DNA of 56,666 bases from Octopus sinensis (lineage: Eukaryota): the NCBI RefSeq assembly GCF_006345805.1, contig NW_021833671.1, positions 1-56,666 on the forward strand, read 5' to 3'. The translations under genes were made by a program, and so were the position numbers. The notes under the pieces were generated by a model, which was not told the DNA's origin, made no database searches, and was given only the letters and a program-made list of their open reading frames with translations. The number at the start of each line of letters is the position of its first letter. Position 1 is the first letter of the stretch. Shown piece after piece: positions 13,226 through 26,195 of the stretch.

Positions 13226-16200
13226 GATGTTTATGGTCAATAAATAAGTACCAGTTGAGCACTGGGGTTGATGTAATTGACTTAGCCACTCTCCCGAAAT
13301 TGCTGGTCTTGTGCCAAAATTTGAAACCAAAATTCCAGTGATGTTTATGGTCAATAAAATAAGTACCAGTTGAGCACTGCGGTTGATGTAATTGACTTAG
13401 CCACTCTCCCGAAATTGCTGGCCTTGTGCCAAAATTTGAAACCAAAATTCCAGTGATGTTTATGGTCAATAAAATAAGTACCAGTTGAGCACTGGGGTGA
13501 TGTAATTGACTTAGCCACTCTCCGAAATTGCTGGTCTTGTGCCAAAATTGAAACCAAAATTCCAGTGATGTTTATGGTCAATAAAATAAGTACCAGTTGA
13601 GCACTGCGGTTGATGTAATTGACTTAGCCACTCTCCTGAAATTGCTGGCCTTGTGCCAAAATTTGAAACCAACATTCCAGTGATGTTTATGGTCAATAAA
13701 ATAAGTACCAGTTGAGCACTGCGGTTGATGTAATTGACTTAGCCACTCTCCTGAAATTGCTGGCCTTGTGCCAAAATTTGAAACCAACATTCCAGTGATG
13801 TTTATGGTCAATAAAATAAGTACCAGTTGAGCACTGGGGTTGATGTAATTGACTTATCCACTCTCCCGAAATTGCTGGTCTTGTGCCAAAATTTGAAACC
13901 AAAATTCCAGTGATGTTTATGGTCAATAAAATAAGTACCAGTTGAGCACTGCGGTTGATGTAATTGACTTAGCCACTCTCCTGAAATTGCTGGCCTTGTG
14001 CCAAAATTTGAAACCAACATTCCAGTGATGTTTATGGTCAATAAAATAAGTACCAGTTGAGCACTGCGGTTGATGTAATTGACTTAGCCACTCTCCTGAA
14101 ATTGCTGGCCTTGTGCCAAAATTTGAAACCAAAATTCCAGTGATGTTTATGGTCAATAAAATAAGTACCAGTTGGCACTGCGGTTGATGTAATTGACTTA
14201 TCCACTCTCCCGAAATTGCTGGTCTTGTGCCAAAATTTGAAACCAAAATTCCAGTGATGTTTATGGTCAATAAAATAAGTACCAGTTGAGCACTGGGGTT
14301 GATGTAATTGACTTAGCCACTCTCCTGAAATTGCTGGCCTTGTGCCAAAATTTGAAACCAACATTCCAGTGATGTTTATGGTCAATAAAATAAGTACCAG
14401 TTGAGCACTGCGGTTGATGTAATTGACTTAGCCACTCTCCTGAAATTGCTGGCCTTGTGCCAAAATTTGAAACCAACATTCCAGTGATGTTTATGGTCAA
14501 TAAAATAAGTACCAGTTGAGCACTGGGGTTGATGTAATTGACTTAGCCACTCTCCTGAAATTGCTGGCCTTGTGCCAAAATTTGAAACCAACATTCCAGT
14601 GATGTTTATGGTCAATAAAATAAGTACCAGTGAGCACTGCGGTTGATGTAATTGACTTATCCACTCTCCCGAAATTGCTGGTCTTGTGCCAAAATTTGAA
14701 ACCAAAATTCCAGTGATGTTATGGTCAATAAAATAAGTACCAGTTGAGCACTGCGGTTGATGTAATTGACTTAGCCACTCTCCTGAAATTGCTGGCCTTG
14801 TGCCAAAATTTGAAACCAACATTCCAGTGATGTTTATGGTCAATAAAATAAGTACCAGCTGAGCACTGGGGTTGACGTAATTGACAGCCACTCTCCTGAA
14901 ATTGCTGGCCTTGTGCCAAAATTTGAAACCAAAATTCCATTCATGTTTATGGTCAATAAAATAAGTACCAGCTGAGCACTGGGGTTGACGTAATTGACTT
15001 AGCCACTCTCCTGAAATTGCTGGCCTTGTGCCAAAATTTGAAACCAACATTCCAGTGATGTTTATGGTCAATAAAATAAGTACCAGTTGAGCACTGCGGT
15101 TGATGTAATTGACTTATCCACTCTCCCGAAATTGCTGGTCTTGTGCCAAAATTTGAAACCAAAATTCCAGTGATGTTTATGGTCAATAAAATAAGTACCA
15201 GTTGAGCACTGGGGTTGATGTAATTGACTTAGCCACTCTCCTGAAATTGCTGGCCTTGTGCCAAAATTTGAAACCAACATTCCAGTGATGTTTATGGTCA
15301 ATAAAATAAGTACCAGTTGAGCACTGCGGTGATGTAATTGACTTAGCCACTCTCCTGAAATTGCTGGCCTTGTGCCAAAATTTGAAACCACATTCCAGTG
15401 ATGTTTATGGTCAATAAAATAAGTACCAGTGAGCACTGGGGTTGATGTAATTGACTTAGACACTCTCCTGAAATTGCTGGCCTTGTGCCAAAATTTGAAA
15501 CCAACATTCCAGTGATGTTTATGGTCAATAAATAAGTACCAGTTGAGCACTGGGGTTGATGTAATTGACTTAGCCACTCTCCTGAAATTGCTGGCCTTGT
15601 GCCAAAATTTGAAACCAAAATTCCAGTGATGTTTATGGTCAATAAAATAAGTACCAGTTGAGCACTGCGGTTGATGTAATTGACTTAGCCACTCTCCTGA
15701 AATTGCTGGCCTTGTGTCAAAATTTGAAACCAACATTCCAGTGATGTTTATGGTCAATAAAATAAGTACCAGTTGAGCACTGGGGTTGATGTAATTGACT
15801 TAGACACTCTCCTGAAATTGCTGGCCTTGTGTCAAAATTTGAAACCAACATTCCAGTGATGTTTATGGTCAATAAAATAGTACCAATTGAGCACTGGGGT
15901 TGATGTAATTGACTTAGCCACTCTCCTGAAATTGCTGGCCTTGTGTCAAAATTTGAACCAACATTCCAGTGATGTTTATGGTCAATAAAATAAGTACCAA
16001 TTGAGCACTGGGGTTGATGTAATTGACTTAGCCACTCTCCTGAAATTGCTGGCCTTGTGCCAAAATTTGAAACCAACATTCCAGTGATGTTTATGGTCAA
16101 TAAAATAAGTACCAGTTGAGCACTGGGGTTGACGTAATTGACTTAGCCACTCTCCTGAAATTGCTGGCCTTGTGCCAAAATTTGAAACCAACATTCCAGT

Positions 16201-18375
16201 GATGTTTATGGTCAATAAAATAAGTACCAGCTGAGCACTGGGGTTGACGTAATTGACAGCCACTCTCCTGAAATTGCTGGCCTTGTGCCAAAATTTGAAA
16301 CCAAAATTCCATTCATGTTTATGGTCAATAAAATAAGTACCAGCTGAGCACTGGGGTTGACGTAATTGACTTAGCCACTCTCCTGAAATTGCTGGCCTTG
16401 TGCCAAAATTTGAAACAACATTCCAGTGATGTTTATGGTCAATAAAATAAGTACCAGTTGAGCACTGCGGTTGATGTAATTGACTTATCACTCTCCCGAA
16501 ATTGCTGGTTTGTGCCAAAATTTGAAACAAAATTCCAGTGATGTTTATGGTCAATAAAATAAGTACCAGTTGAGCACTGGGGTGATGTAATTGACTTAGC
16601 CACTCTCCTGAAATTGCTGGCCTTGTGCCAAAATTTGAAACCAACATTCCAGTGATGTTTATGGTCAATAAAATAAGTACCAGTTGAGCACTGCGGTTGA
16701 TGTAATTGACTTAGCCACTCTCCTGAAATTGCTGGCCTTGTGCCAAAATTTGAAACCAACATTCCAGTGATGTTTATGGTCAATAAAATAAGTACCAGTT
16801 GAGCACTGGGGTTGATGTAATTGACTTAGACACTCTCCTGAAATGCTGGCCTTGTGCCAAAATTTGAAACCAACATTCCAGTGATGTTTATGGTCAATAA
16901 AATAAGTACCAGTTGAGCACTGGGGTTGATGTAATTGACTTAGCCACTCCTGAAATTGCTGGCCTTGTGCCAAAATTTGAAACCAAAATTACAGTGATGT
17001 TTATGGTCAATAAAATAAGTACCAGTTGAGCACTGCGGTTGATGTAATTGACTTAGCCACTCTCCTGAAATTGCTGGCCTTGTGTCAAAATTTGAAACCA
17101 ACATTCAGTGATGTTTATGGTCAATAAAATAAGTACCAGTTGAGCACTGGGGTTGATGTAATTGACTTAGACACTCTCCTGAATTGCTGGCCTTGTGTCA
17201 AAATTTGAAACCAACATTCCAGTGATGTTTATGGTCAATAAAATAAGTACCAATTGAGCACTGGGGTTGATGTAATTGACTTAGCCACTCTCCTGAAATT
17301 GCTGGCCTTGTGCCAAAATTTGAACCAACATTCCAGTGATGTTTATGGTCAATAAAATAAGTACCAGTTGAGCACTGGGGTTGACGTAATTGACTTAGCC
17401 ACTCTCCTGAAATTGCTGGCCTTGTGCCAAAATTTGAAACCAAAATTCCATTCATGTTTATGGTCAATAAAATAAGTACCAGCTGAGCACTGGGGTTGAC
17501 GTAATTGACAGCCACTCTCCTGAAATTGCTGGCCTTGTGCCATAATTTGAAACCAAAATTCCATTCATGTTTATGGTCAATAAAATAAGTACCAGCTGAG
17601 CACTGGGGTTGACGTAATTGACTTAGCCACTCTCCTGAAATTGCTGGCCTTGTGCCAAAATTTGAAACCAAAATTCCATTCATGTTTATGGTCAATAAAA
17701 TAAGTACCAGTTGTGCACTGGGGTTGATGTAATTGACTTAGTTACACTCCTGAAATTGCTGGCCTTGTGCCATAATTTGAAACCAACATTCCAGTGATGT
17801 TTATAGTCAATAAAATAAGTACCAATTGAGCACTGGGGTTGATGTAATTGACTTAGCCACTCTCCTGAAATTGCTGGCCTTGTGTCAAAATTTGAAACCA
17901 ACATTCCAGTGATGTTTATGGTCAATAAAATAAGTACCAATTGAGCACTGGGGTTGATGTAATTGACTTAGCCACTCTCCTGAAATTGCTGGCCTTGTGC
18001 CAAAATTTGAAACCAACATTCCAGTGATGTTTATGGTCAATAAAATAAGTACCAGTTGAGCACTGGGGTTGACGTAATTGACTTAGCCACTCTCCTGAAA
18101 TTGCTGGCCTTGTGCCAAAATTTGAAACCAAAATTCCATTCATGTTTATGGTCAATAAAATAGTACCAGCTGAGCACTGGGGTTGACGTAATTGACTTAG
18201 CCACTCTCCTGAAATTGCTGGCCTTGTGCCAAAATTTGAAACCAAAATTCCATTCATGTTTATGGTCAATAAAATAAGTACCAGTTGAGCACTGGGGTTG
18301 ATGTAATTGACTTAGCCACTCTCCTGAAATTGCTGGCCTTGTGCCAAAATTGAAACCAAAATTCCGGTGATATTT
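13157..18375. repeat. 115-bp tandem satellite, about 45 units, SINE-derived
   Basis: unit GGTCAATAAAATAAGTACCAGTTGAGCACTG(G/C)GGTTGATGTAATTGACTTAGCCACTCTCCTGAAATTGCTGGCCTTGTGCCAAAATTTGAAACCAACATTCCAGTGATGTTTAT. Confidence 0.97.
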
Positions 18376-18579
18376 CTAGTATTTATTATAATTAATAGAC
18401 ATAGTGTTTACTTAGTATCAGTTAAATATTGATTATATTTTTCTGTTTGCTAACTTATTATAATAATAACATATAACTTTGTCTTCAAATATTTTTCTGT
18501 ATTTACTCACTGAACTCCCCAGTTCACCTTTTATCTCACTAACGAAATGATTTTATCTTTTTACTTTTTCATAATTTAG

Positions 18580-20104
18580 TTGTGCTGGATGTTTGTAGCA
18601 GAGATCATATACTGCAAAATGTGGAGTTAGATGTTCAACCGTTCTGGGAACCATGTGAAGAAAATACCATTTCAAGCCAGCAAGTCCATGACTATTTACT
18701 ACCTTCCAAGTTCCATCTGACTTTCTTACAGAAACATAAAATCATAGTTAATGACCAATTAAAGAGATGGGCTGAAGTAATTTGGAAAGATTCCAAGTTT
18801 AATAAACTGAAATTAAAATATTCTGAAGAAAATTTTGAATAAATTGAACAGTGCCTGGAAGATTTATTAAATTCCATTACTATTGAAACTATTGATGTTC
18901 CAAATGATATTTTTTAAGACATTTTTGGAACATTTAAGAGTCAAGCTGACCAGAGGCACTTTTATTTTGATAACCGAAATTTCCAAGCTAATATTTTGGG
19001 AATTGATAAAAGTAACATGATTAAATTTAAAAACAAACTTTTGGATTACTTTAGAAGGATATATGAGGATGATTTAAGTATTCATGAAAGACGTATTCTA
19101 TCTGGTCTCAGATTTTTTGAGCAGGCAGAAAGACAATCTGAAGATCTACAAGTCAGGATTCATGGTAACAAAGTTATTTTTGAAGGCCAGTATTCCGAAG
19201 TAGCTACTTGTCACAAGTATATGTATAAAATTCTTCAGTCAATTGTTAAATCTGAATTGTGTTTGCCTTTAAATACTGGAATGATCATAAATAAAAAAAC
19301 AGAATATCTTGATGAAAAACTGAGAAACAAGAAATGTATCGGTTCATGGGAAACGGGTGATGGTGATTCAGTATTACTTTATGCAAGTGATAAAACACAT
19401 CTTTCACTTTGGAAGAAATCATGAAAGAAACTTTTGTTGCCAATACACTGGATTTTGTGGACAAAATTAAGGATACTCCAAATCATGGAAGTGGCTGACA
19501 TTTGTTGAAAGTCTAAAAGAAGAGTTTCCAGATTTCTGTTTTATTGGAGAAGATTCTATTGTTGCTGTTGATGCTGTAGTTAATGCTATAAAAACCAAAA
19601 TTGATAACTTTAAGCAATCTTTAATTTACGAATCTTATATATCGATGAATCTTGCACATTTCCTCTTTCTTAAAGAGTTCAAAGAACAGGAAATCAATGA
19701 CTTTAGTGAGAAAAATAAAATAAAGAATGTGTGTCTCAAAGATAATAAGTTACACCTGGAAGGAACACAAAACCAAATTAGGAAAATGGAAACATTTATA
19801 GAAAACTTAAGAAAAGATATCAGCTCAAAAGAAGAAAACTTTGAAATGTTTGGACTTCAAGAATTTCTGGAAAGTGAAGAAGGAAAGAATTTCTTGTGTG
19901 AAATGCAAAAGAAATCTGAGAGTATAATATTAAATTCAAATTTAGGAAGTGAAACAGAAGAAATAGTTAATGTTGATTATAAGAACTGTGAAATAGTGTT
20001 GAGGGAAGGTGACATCACGACTCTGGACACAGATGCTATTGTTAATGCTGCAAATGGCAGACTGGAACACAGGGGAGGAGTTGCTGCAGCCATTGTGCAG
20101 AAAG
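18580..20104 (+). pseudogene. PARP14: PARP14-like large exon (RRM end, KH-like region, N-half of macrodomain 1), disrupted
   Basis: pyrimidine tract plus AG at 18578-79; VLDVCSRDHILQNVELDVQPFWE; IVLREGDITTLDTDAIVNAANGRLEHRGGVAAAIVQK; donor GTTAGT at 20105; TAA at 18840 and 18915; frameshifts near 19410 and 19480. Confidence 0.8.
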
Positions 20105-20147
20105 GTTAGTAATACCATTTTTTATAATTAATGTTTCTTTTTAGATC

Positions 20148-20300
20148 CAAGTGTGGTTGAGAAGCTAATTTCCTGATCATGTGGTTTCAGGTTCAATTCC
20201 ACTCACAGCATTTTGGAAAAGTGTCCTCTGTTATAGGTCAGTGATTGGCCAAAGCCTTGGGAGTGGATTTCGTTGATAGAAACTGAAAGAAGCTCATCAT
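20148..20300 (+). mobile_element. CORE-type tRNA SINE fragment
   Basis: diverged match to 30360-30510. Confidence 0.65.
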
Positions 20301-20337
20301 TTATATATATACATATACATAAATATATATATACATA

Positions 20338-22228
20338 GAGTTGGAATTTGCAGAAAAACAGAAGACAAAGACAGGTGTATAAACAACAAACAGATATATT
20401 AGTTTAATGCTTGGGAAGGTGAGAAAGGCTTTTATGTTATGAACCTATGCTTTCCAACAGAAAGGAACAAAGAGTGAATAAAAAAAGCTTTAGGGGCTTA
20501 CAGCCAATCATAGCAGCTGGCTGGACAGAGGTAGTTAGACAGGAGAACTAAGAAGAAGGGGAGATAATAAAGTATTGGTGATCCCAAAACGAAGGTGCAC
20601 ATGCATGTGAGAGTGTATGTGTGCATTTGGATAGGGATGACTGGTGACCTTGACATGTGGATGTTTGCGTATGTGTGTGCGTCTGTAATGTGTGGGTGCT
20701 GGGAAGTGGTCAGTGCTAGTTTATACAGAGTGATATGATTTGGTATGGTGGGGATGTGAGGGTGGGGTGAGGATGTGGGATATATGGGGGTCTGGGTGTG
20801 GATGGAGGGGAAGATGGATAGTAGTGAAGAGAGGAAGTAGGTGTCAGGGCAAGAGAGGAGAGGAGAGGTGGGTACAAGTGAAGAAAGGAAGTAGGTGTGA
20901 GATAAAGAAAGGAGAGAGGAGGGAAGTCAGATGAAGAGGGTAGGGGAGTTGAGCCCATGTGATGCAAAAGAGCAAAGAGAGAAGATTAATTCCTGTTCAT
21001 AGCAAAGGTGGGAGTCTGGTTGGCCCCTGTGCAAAGACAGTCCAAACACAGTCAGGTGTTGTAATGCATGACTGGCAGAGTGGAAAATGCGCTAGACCGG
21101 TGTGTCATTACCAATTCTTATGTTTCAGAGGTATTCCGTGAACCAGTCAACCAAATGGCATCGCATTTGACCGATGTATAGAGAAGGACAGAGAGAGAGC
21201 AGGAGATTTAATAAATGATGTTGCTAGAAGTGCATGTAAAGGAGTCAGTGATATGATAGGGTCGATGATGGATGCCTGTGAGGATGGTGGTGTTGGAGAA
21301 GTAGGGGCAAGTGTGTCAGCATGGGCAGGAGCAAGGGAACAAGCCAGGTTGGAAGGTGGAAGGGAAGAAACTGTGGACCAGGAGGTCATGTAGGTTGTGG
21401 GCTTGTTTGAACGAGGGGAGGGGTAGGTTGGGGAAGATGTGCGAAGTGGAGGGGTTGGACTGGAGTTGTCGGAAGGCTTGGAGAATGGTGCATTGGAGAA
21501 GCAGGGTGGAGGGGTGGTAGGTGAGGGGAAATAAGCAACGGGTAATGCCAGGGTGGGTGTGGGGAAAGAGAGCAGAGGCACAGTCCACAGAATATGCTTT
21601 GGCAAGGGCTGTGTGGATATTGGTGAGCTGATATCCACGAAGGATGAAGTGGCAAGTCATGAGTTGAAACTGAGTCTCAAAGTCATGGTTGTCACTGCAG
21701 ATCCTGCACAGATGGAGGAATTGGGAGTAGGTAGGGTGGGAGGAGGAGAATTTGAGAGTTGTTGTGTTTGTAGTGGATGGAGGTGGTGAGAGTGGAGTGG
21801 TGATTGTTGACCAAAATATCGAGAAAGCCAACGGAAGTGTTGGAAATGGTGCAGGAGAATTTGAGGGCAGGATGGAAAGATTTGACAAAAGAGAGGAAGG
21901 AGTCTAGTTGTTCAAAGGAGAGTGGTGTCACACTGTTACAGTCATCAATATAACGACCGTATAATTCGGGAGTGGGACCAGTGAATCTTGAAAATATTTG
22001 GGCCTCGGTGTAGCCAACGAACAGGTTTGCATAATTGGAGCCAATTCTCATTCCCATGACCATGCTCGAAACCTGTTGGTAAAACTCCCCCATGAACAAG
22101 AAACATTTGAGGGAGAAGACAAGTTTGGCCAGACAAAGAAGTGTGGATATGTCAGGGGTTAGGTCGAAGGTCTAGGTAATGTTTGAGGGCAAGAAGTCCT
22201 TCATGTTATGTGATTACTGTATAGAGAC
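20338..22228 (-). mobile_element. Penelope-like element, degenerate
   Basis: RT FYQQVSSMVMG..YANLFVGY..YGRYIDD..GFLDI; downstream YIGQ GIY-YIG-like remnant near 21170-21220. Confidence 0.85.
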
Positions 22229-22241
22229 TCTTATACATACA

Positions 22242-25200
22242 TTAATTAATTAATTAATTAATGTTCGTCCTTCGGGTTCGAAGATGACCATTGACATCAT
22301 TTGGTGGAATTGCTGCTATGAGACCGGAGGTGGCTGGTGAGGCCAATCCGGGCAAGGAAGCCCCTCCCACAGGTGGGGCAGAAGTGGGTAGGGGCTGTGC
22401 TATTGGTGCAGGTGGCTCTGGCTTTCCGCATCTGGCGTTTCTGTTCTGCTGACTGAATCCGTCTCTCCTCGGCTGTCTTTGCTCCTGTGGTGATTGCGCT
22501 GCGCCAGGATGAGTGGTCGGCAGCAAGTGTCTCCCAAGTCTCTGTGCCGATGGAGAAGTCTTTGAGAGAGACTTTGAGACTGTCCTTGAAGCGCTTCTTC
22601 TGCCCTCCGACTTTGCATTTTCCCTGGCTGAGTTCACCGTAGAAGAGCCGTTTTGGGATGCGAGTGTCGGACATACGGGAGACGTGGCCCGCCTATCTCA
22701 GCTGGGCCTTGCGCATGATCGTGATGGTGCTAGGGAGATCTGCCTGCTTCAGAACTTCCATGTCTGGGACTTTGTCCTGCCAGCGGATGTGAAGGAGGTT
22801 CCGAAGACACCTGAGGTGGAAGTGGTTTATCTGGCGCTCGTGCCTTCGGTAAGCAGTCCACGTGTTGCAGCCGTATAGTAGGGTGGTAAGCACGACTGCC
22901 CAGTAGACTTTCAGCTTGGTGTTGAGGCTGATTCCTCTCCACTCCCAGACTTTCTTTCGCAGTCTCCCAAATGCGTTGCTTGCCTTGGAGATTCTGTTGA
23001 TGATTTCAGCATCTATGTTGGCATTGCAGGAGAGAGTGCTGCCCAGGTAGGTGAAGTTTTCCACTGCTCGTAGGATCCGTCCGTTCACCTTTATCTGAGG
23101 CTCATGGTATTGTTTGCCGGGGGCTGGCTGAAACATCACTTTGGTTTTCTTGGCACTGATGGTGAGACCGAAGTTGTCACAGGCTGATGAGAACCTGTCC
23201 ATCCCGAGCTGCATCTCCTGCTCATCGATTGCATTAAAGGCGCAGTCGTCAGCAAAGAGAAAGTCTCTGACGTCTGTCTCCCTCACCTTTGTGATGGCCT
23301 GCAATCTTCTGGAGTTGAAAAGTTTCCCGTCCGTCCTGTACTTGATGTCGATACCGGACTTGCAGTCCCTGAAGGCGTCGGACAGCATTGCTGAGAACAT
23401 GATGCTGAACAGTGTTGGGGCCAGCACACAGCCCTGCCTGACTCCGTTGGTCACCTGGAAGGCTTCAGATGAGTTGCCTTCTTCAAGGACTCTGGCTGTC
23501 ATTCCGTCGTGGAACTGGCGGACAATTGCAATAAATTTGCTGGGGCAACCAAATTTTCCCATGACCTTCCAGAGTCCCTCCCGACTGACTGTATCGAAAG
23601 CCCTGGTGAGGTCAACAAAGGTCATGCAGAGGTCAAGGTGCTGTTCCATGCATTTCTCCTGGAGCTGGCGGGCGACGAATATCATGTCAGTGGTCCCTCG
23701 ACCTGCGCGGAAGCCACACTGGCACTCAGGGAGAAGGCCTTGCTCCAAGTGTTCCAGAAGGCGGTCAAGCAGGACTCGGGCCAGGATCTTGCCTGCTATG
23801 GACAAGAGGGAGATTCCTCGGTGGTTGTCGCAGGACTGCCGATCTCCTTTCCGCTTATAAATGTGGATGATTGTTGCGTCCCGGAAATCTTGAGGGAGTT
23901 GTTCCCTGTCCCACATCGACTGGAACAGGCTGGTGAGCTGACTGATCATGGTGGGGCCGCCTGACTTGAACACCTCTGCAGGGATGGCGTCAGAGCCTGG
24001 AGCTTTGCCGGTGGACAATTTTTTGATGGCTCTGCTCACTTCCTCGACTGCAGGGGGAACAGCCAGCTCGTGGTTTGTCGGCACCTGGGGGAGTCGTGCG
24101 ATGGCTTCCTCGTTGATCTGGGCTGGTCGGTTGAGCACGATGTTGAAATGCTCCGCCCATCTCTCCAGGATCAGCCTCTTGTTAGTCAGGAGTGAGGTTC
24201 CATCCGAGCTGAGCAGGGGGGTTGATCCAAAGGAGGACTGCAGTCCATAGACAGCTTTCAGCACCTCATAGAATTTCTTGGTGTCGTGTTTGTCTGCATA
24301 TCCCTGAATCTCATCCGCCTTGGCGCTTAACCATGCGTCTTTCATGAGGCGGAGTTTTGCCTGGACTGTGCTGCGAATGTTGTTGAAAGCAGCCTTCTTT
24401 GCCGTGCAGGTGGTGTCATTTTGGTGGGCCCACAGCAAACGGTGTTTCTCTTCCAGGAGCTTTTGGATTTCCTGGTCGTTTTCGTCGAACCAGTCCTGGT
24501 GGTTCCTCGTAACTTGGCCTAGAGTTTCAAGGGCGATGGAATGAACCGTGTCCCTGAATGATTCCCACTGCTCATCGATGCTGGATTGGTCATTCAAAAT
24601 GTCCAACAGCTTGCTGTCCATACGTGACTGGAGATCTTGTGCAGTCAGCTGGTTCTCTAATTTCTGACCTGTGGTCTTCTTTTAGGTTGGATGTAGAAAT
24701 CTATCCTGAAGATGATGAGGCGATGGTCCGTCCAGCAATCAGCTCCACGCATGGCTTTGACCAGTCTCACGTCCCACCTGTCTTTCACCCTGACGATGAC
24801 GTAATCTATCAGATGCCAGTGTTTGGAGCATGGATGCATCCATGATGTCTTGTTGCATGTTGGCAGATGGAACAAGGTGTTGGCGATGCTAAGATCATGA
24901 GAGGCACACGCATGCAGGATGAGCTGCCCGTTGTTGCTGCACTTTCCGATTCCTTGCTTTCCCAGTACGCGATGCCAGGCTTGGTGGTCAGTCCCGACAC
25001 GGGCGTTAAAGTCCCCAAGGAGGATGAGCTTCCCAGGCTGGGCTGACGTGATGAGGGAGTCGAGTTCCTCATAGAACCTGTCCTTAACTTCTTCAGGGTT
25101 GGTCATGGTGGGGGCGTAAGCGCTGATGATGGTCGCACTAGTCTTGTTTCCAAGTGGGAGCTGCATCTTCATCAGCCAATCGTTGATACCCTCGGGGGGG

Positions 25201-26195
25201 GGGGGCTTTCCAGTTTCCGCACGTGTACTGACTTGATGGCAAAACCAACACCAGCCTCACAATGCTCTTCGCCGCTGCGACCACTCCAAAAGAAAGTGTA
25301 GCCGCCGCCTGTCTCCTTCAGCTGGCCTTTGTCCGCAAGGCGGGTCTCGCTCAGTGCTGTGATATCGACATTGTATTGGCTCAGTTCTCTGGCCACCAGG
25401 GCAGTTCGTCTCGCTGGTCTGTCCGCTTTGGTGTTGTCAAGCAGAGTTCTCACGTTCCAAGTTGCGAAATCAGCACCTTTGTTCGTTTTCTTTCTTTGTT
25501 TCGACCGCTTGGAAAGGATCCCCGCCAGCCGCAGTTTGCTGACCAGGGTGAGGTGAGGCAGGCTATGTTTAGGGCAACCTTTTCTAGCCCCGTCCTCATG
25601 CTGCGGAGGCGAGCAGAGCGATCCTGAAGAGGGCTGCTCGGTCACTCAGGAGGCTGCTGGACTCCACTGCTGCCTCAGTTCAGTGAGGGGCAACCACATG
25701 TCCTGAGCCGCCTGTGTGGGGGTTCACGACTGCAGCTCCCAGTGTATCCTCACCTGCTACTTCGCCGTTTCCCCATCGCCACAGGACTTTGTGATGTTGG
25801 TGTCATGATGTCATGACGTGCGCGTGACTTGGATTATAGTGAGGGTGACTTGCGCAGGATCAGCCTCACTCTCTCGTCCTGGTACGCCGGATCCAGTGGC
25901 AAGACAAAGTCAAGACGGCTGGGGGTAGACCAGGATACAGGAGCTGCCGGAAGGTGGCACGCATGGCGCAATCCAACCGCCTTAGGGGCTCCACTCCGGA
26001 TTTTCGATGGCCATTGACTCATGAGAGAGTTCCTCTGCCCTTTGACAGGTTTTGTTTTTAGTCCTGCTGGGTGTTCAAATCACCCTCCTCACCAAGAAAT
26101 CTTGGTGGGGTTGCCAGTTTAGTCGCCAACGACCCGACCATGTAACAGGTTGTACTGGGTTACATGTTACCAGTAGCTCCAAGCGGAGACCTGAC
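22242..26195 (-). mobile_element. near full-length RTE/BovB-like LINE (APE endonuclease plus RT), inactivated
   Basis: ATWNVRTL..LSETR, SAYAPT, GDFNA, TDH; RT GKAPGSD, QCGFR, FVDLTRAFDTV, GVRQGCVLAP, LFADD; C-terminal CPTC..H zinc finger; frameshift at poly-G ~25200, TAG at 22693, deletion near 24640; (TAAT)n tail; possible TSD TATACATACA (22232/26199). Confidence 0.95.

Noticed and set aside
13157-18375. CRISPR-like array or repetitive protein (MTINITG.. ORFs)
   Set aside because: No unique spacers, no cas genes, eukaryotic context; 115 is not a multiple of 3, so frames shift every unit
20425-20470. Hammerhead in the first Penelope 3' region
   Set aside because: Position is suggestive but both core boxes are mutated (CUGUUGGA, AUAA); not supportable
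23141-24845. Long + strand ORFs
   Set aside because: Antisense shadows of the GC-rich RTE ORF
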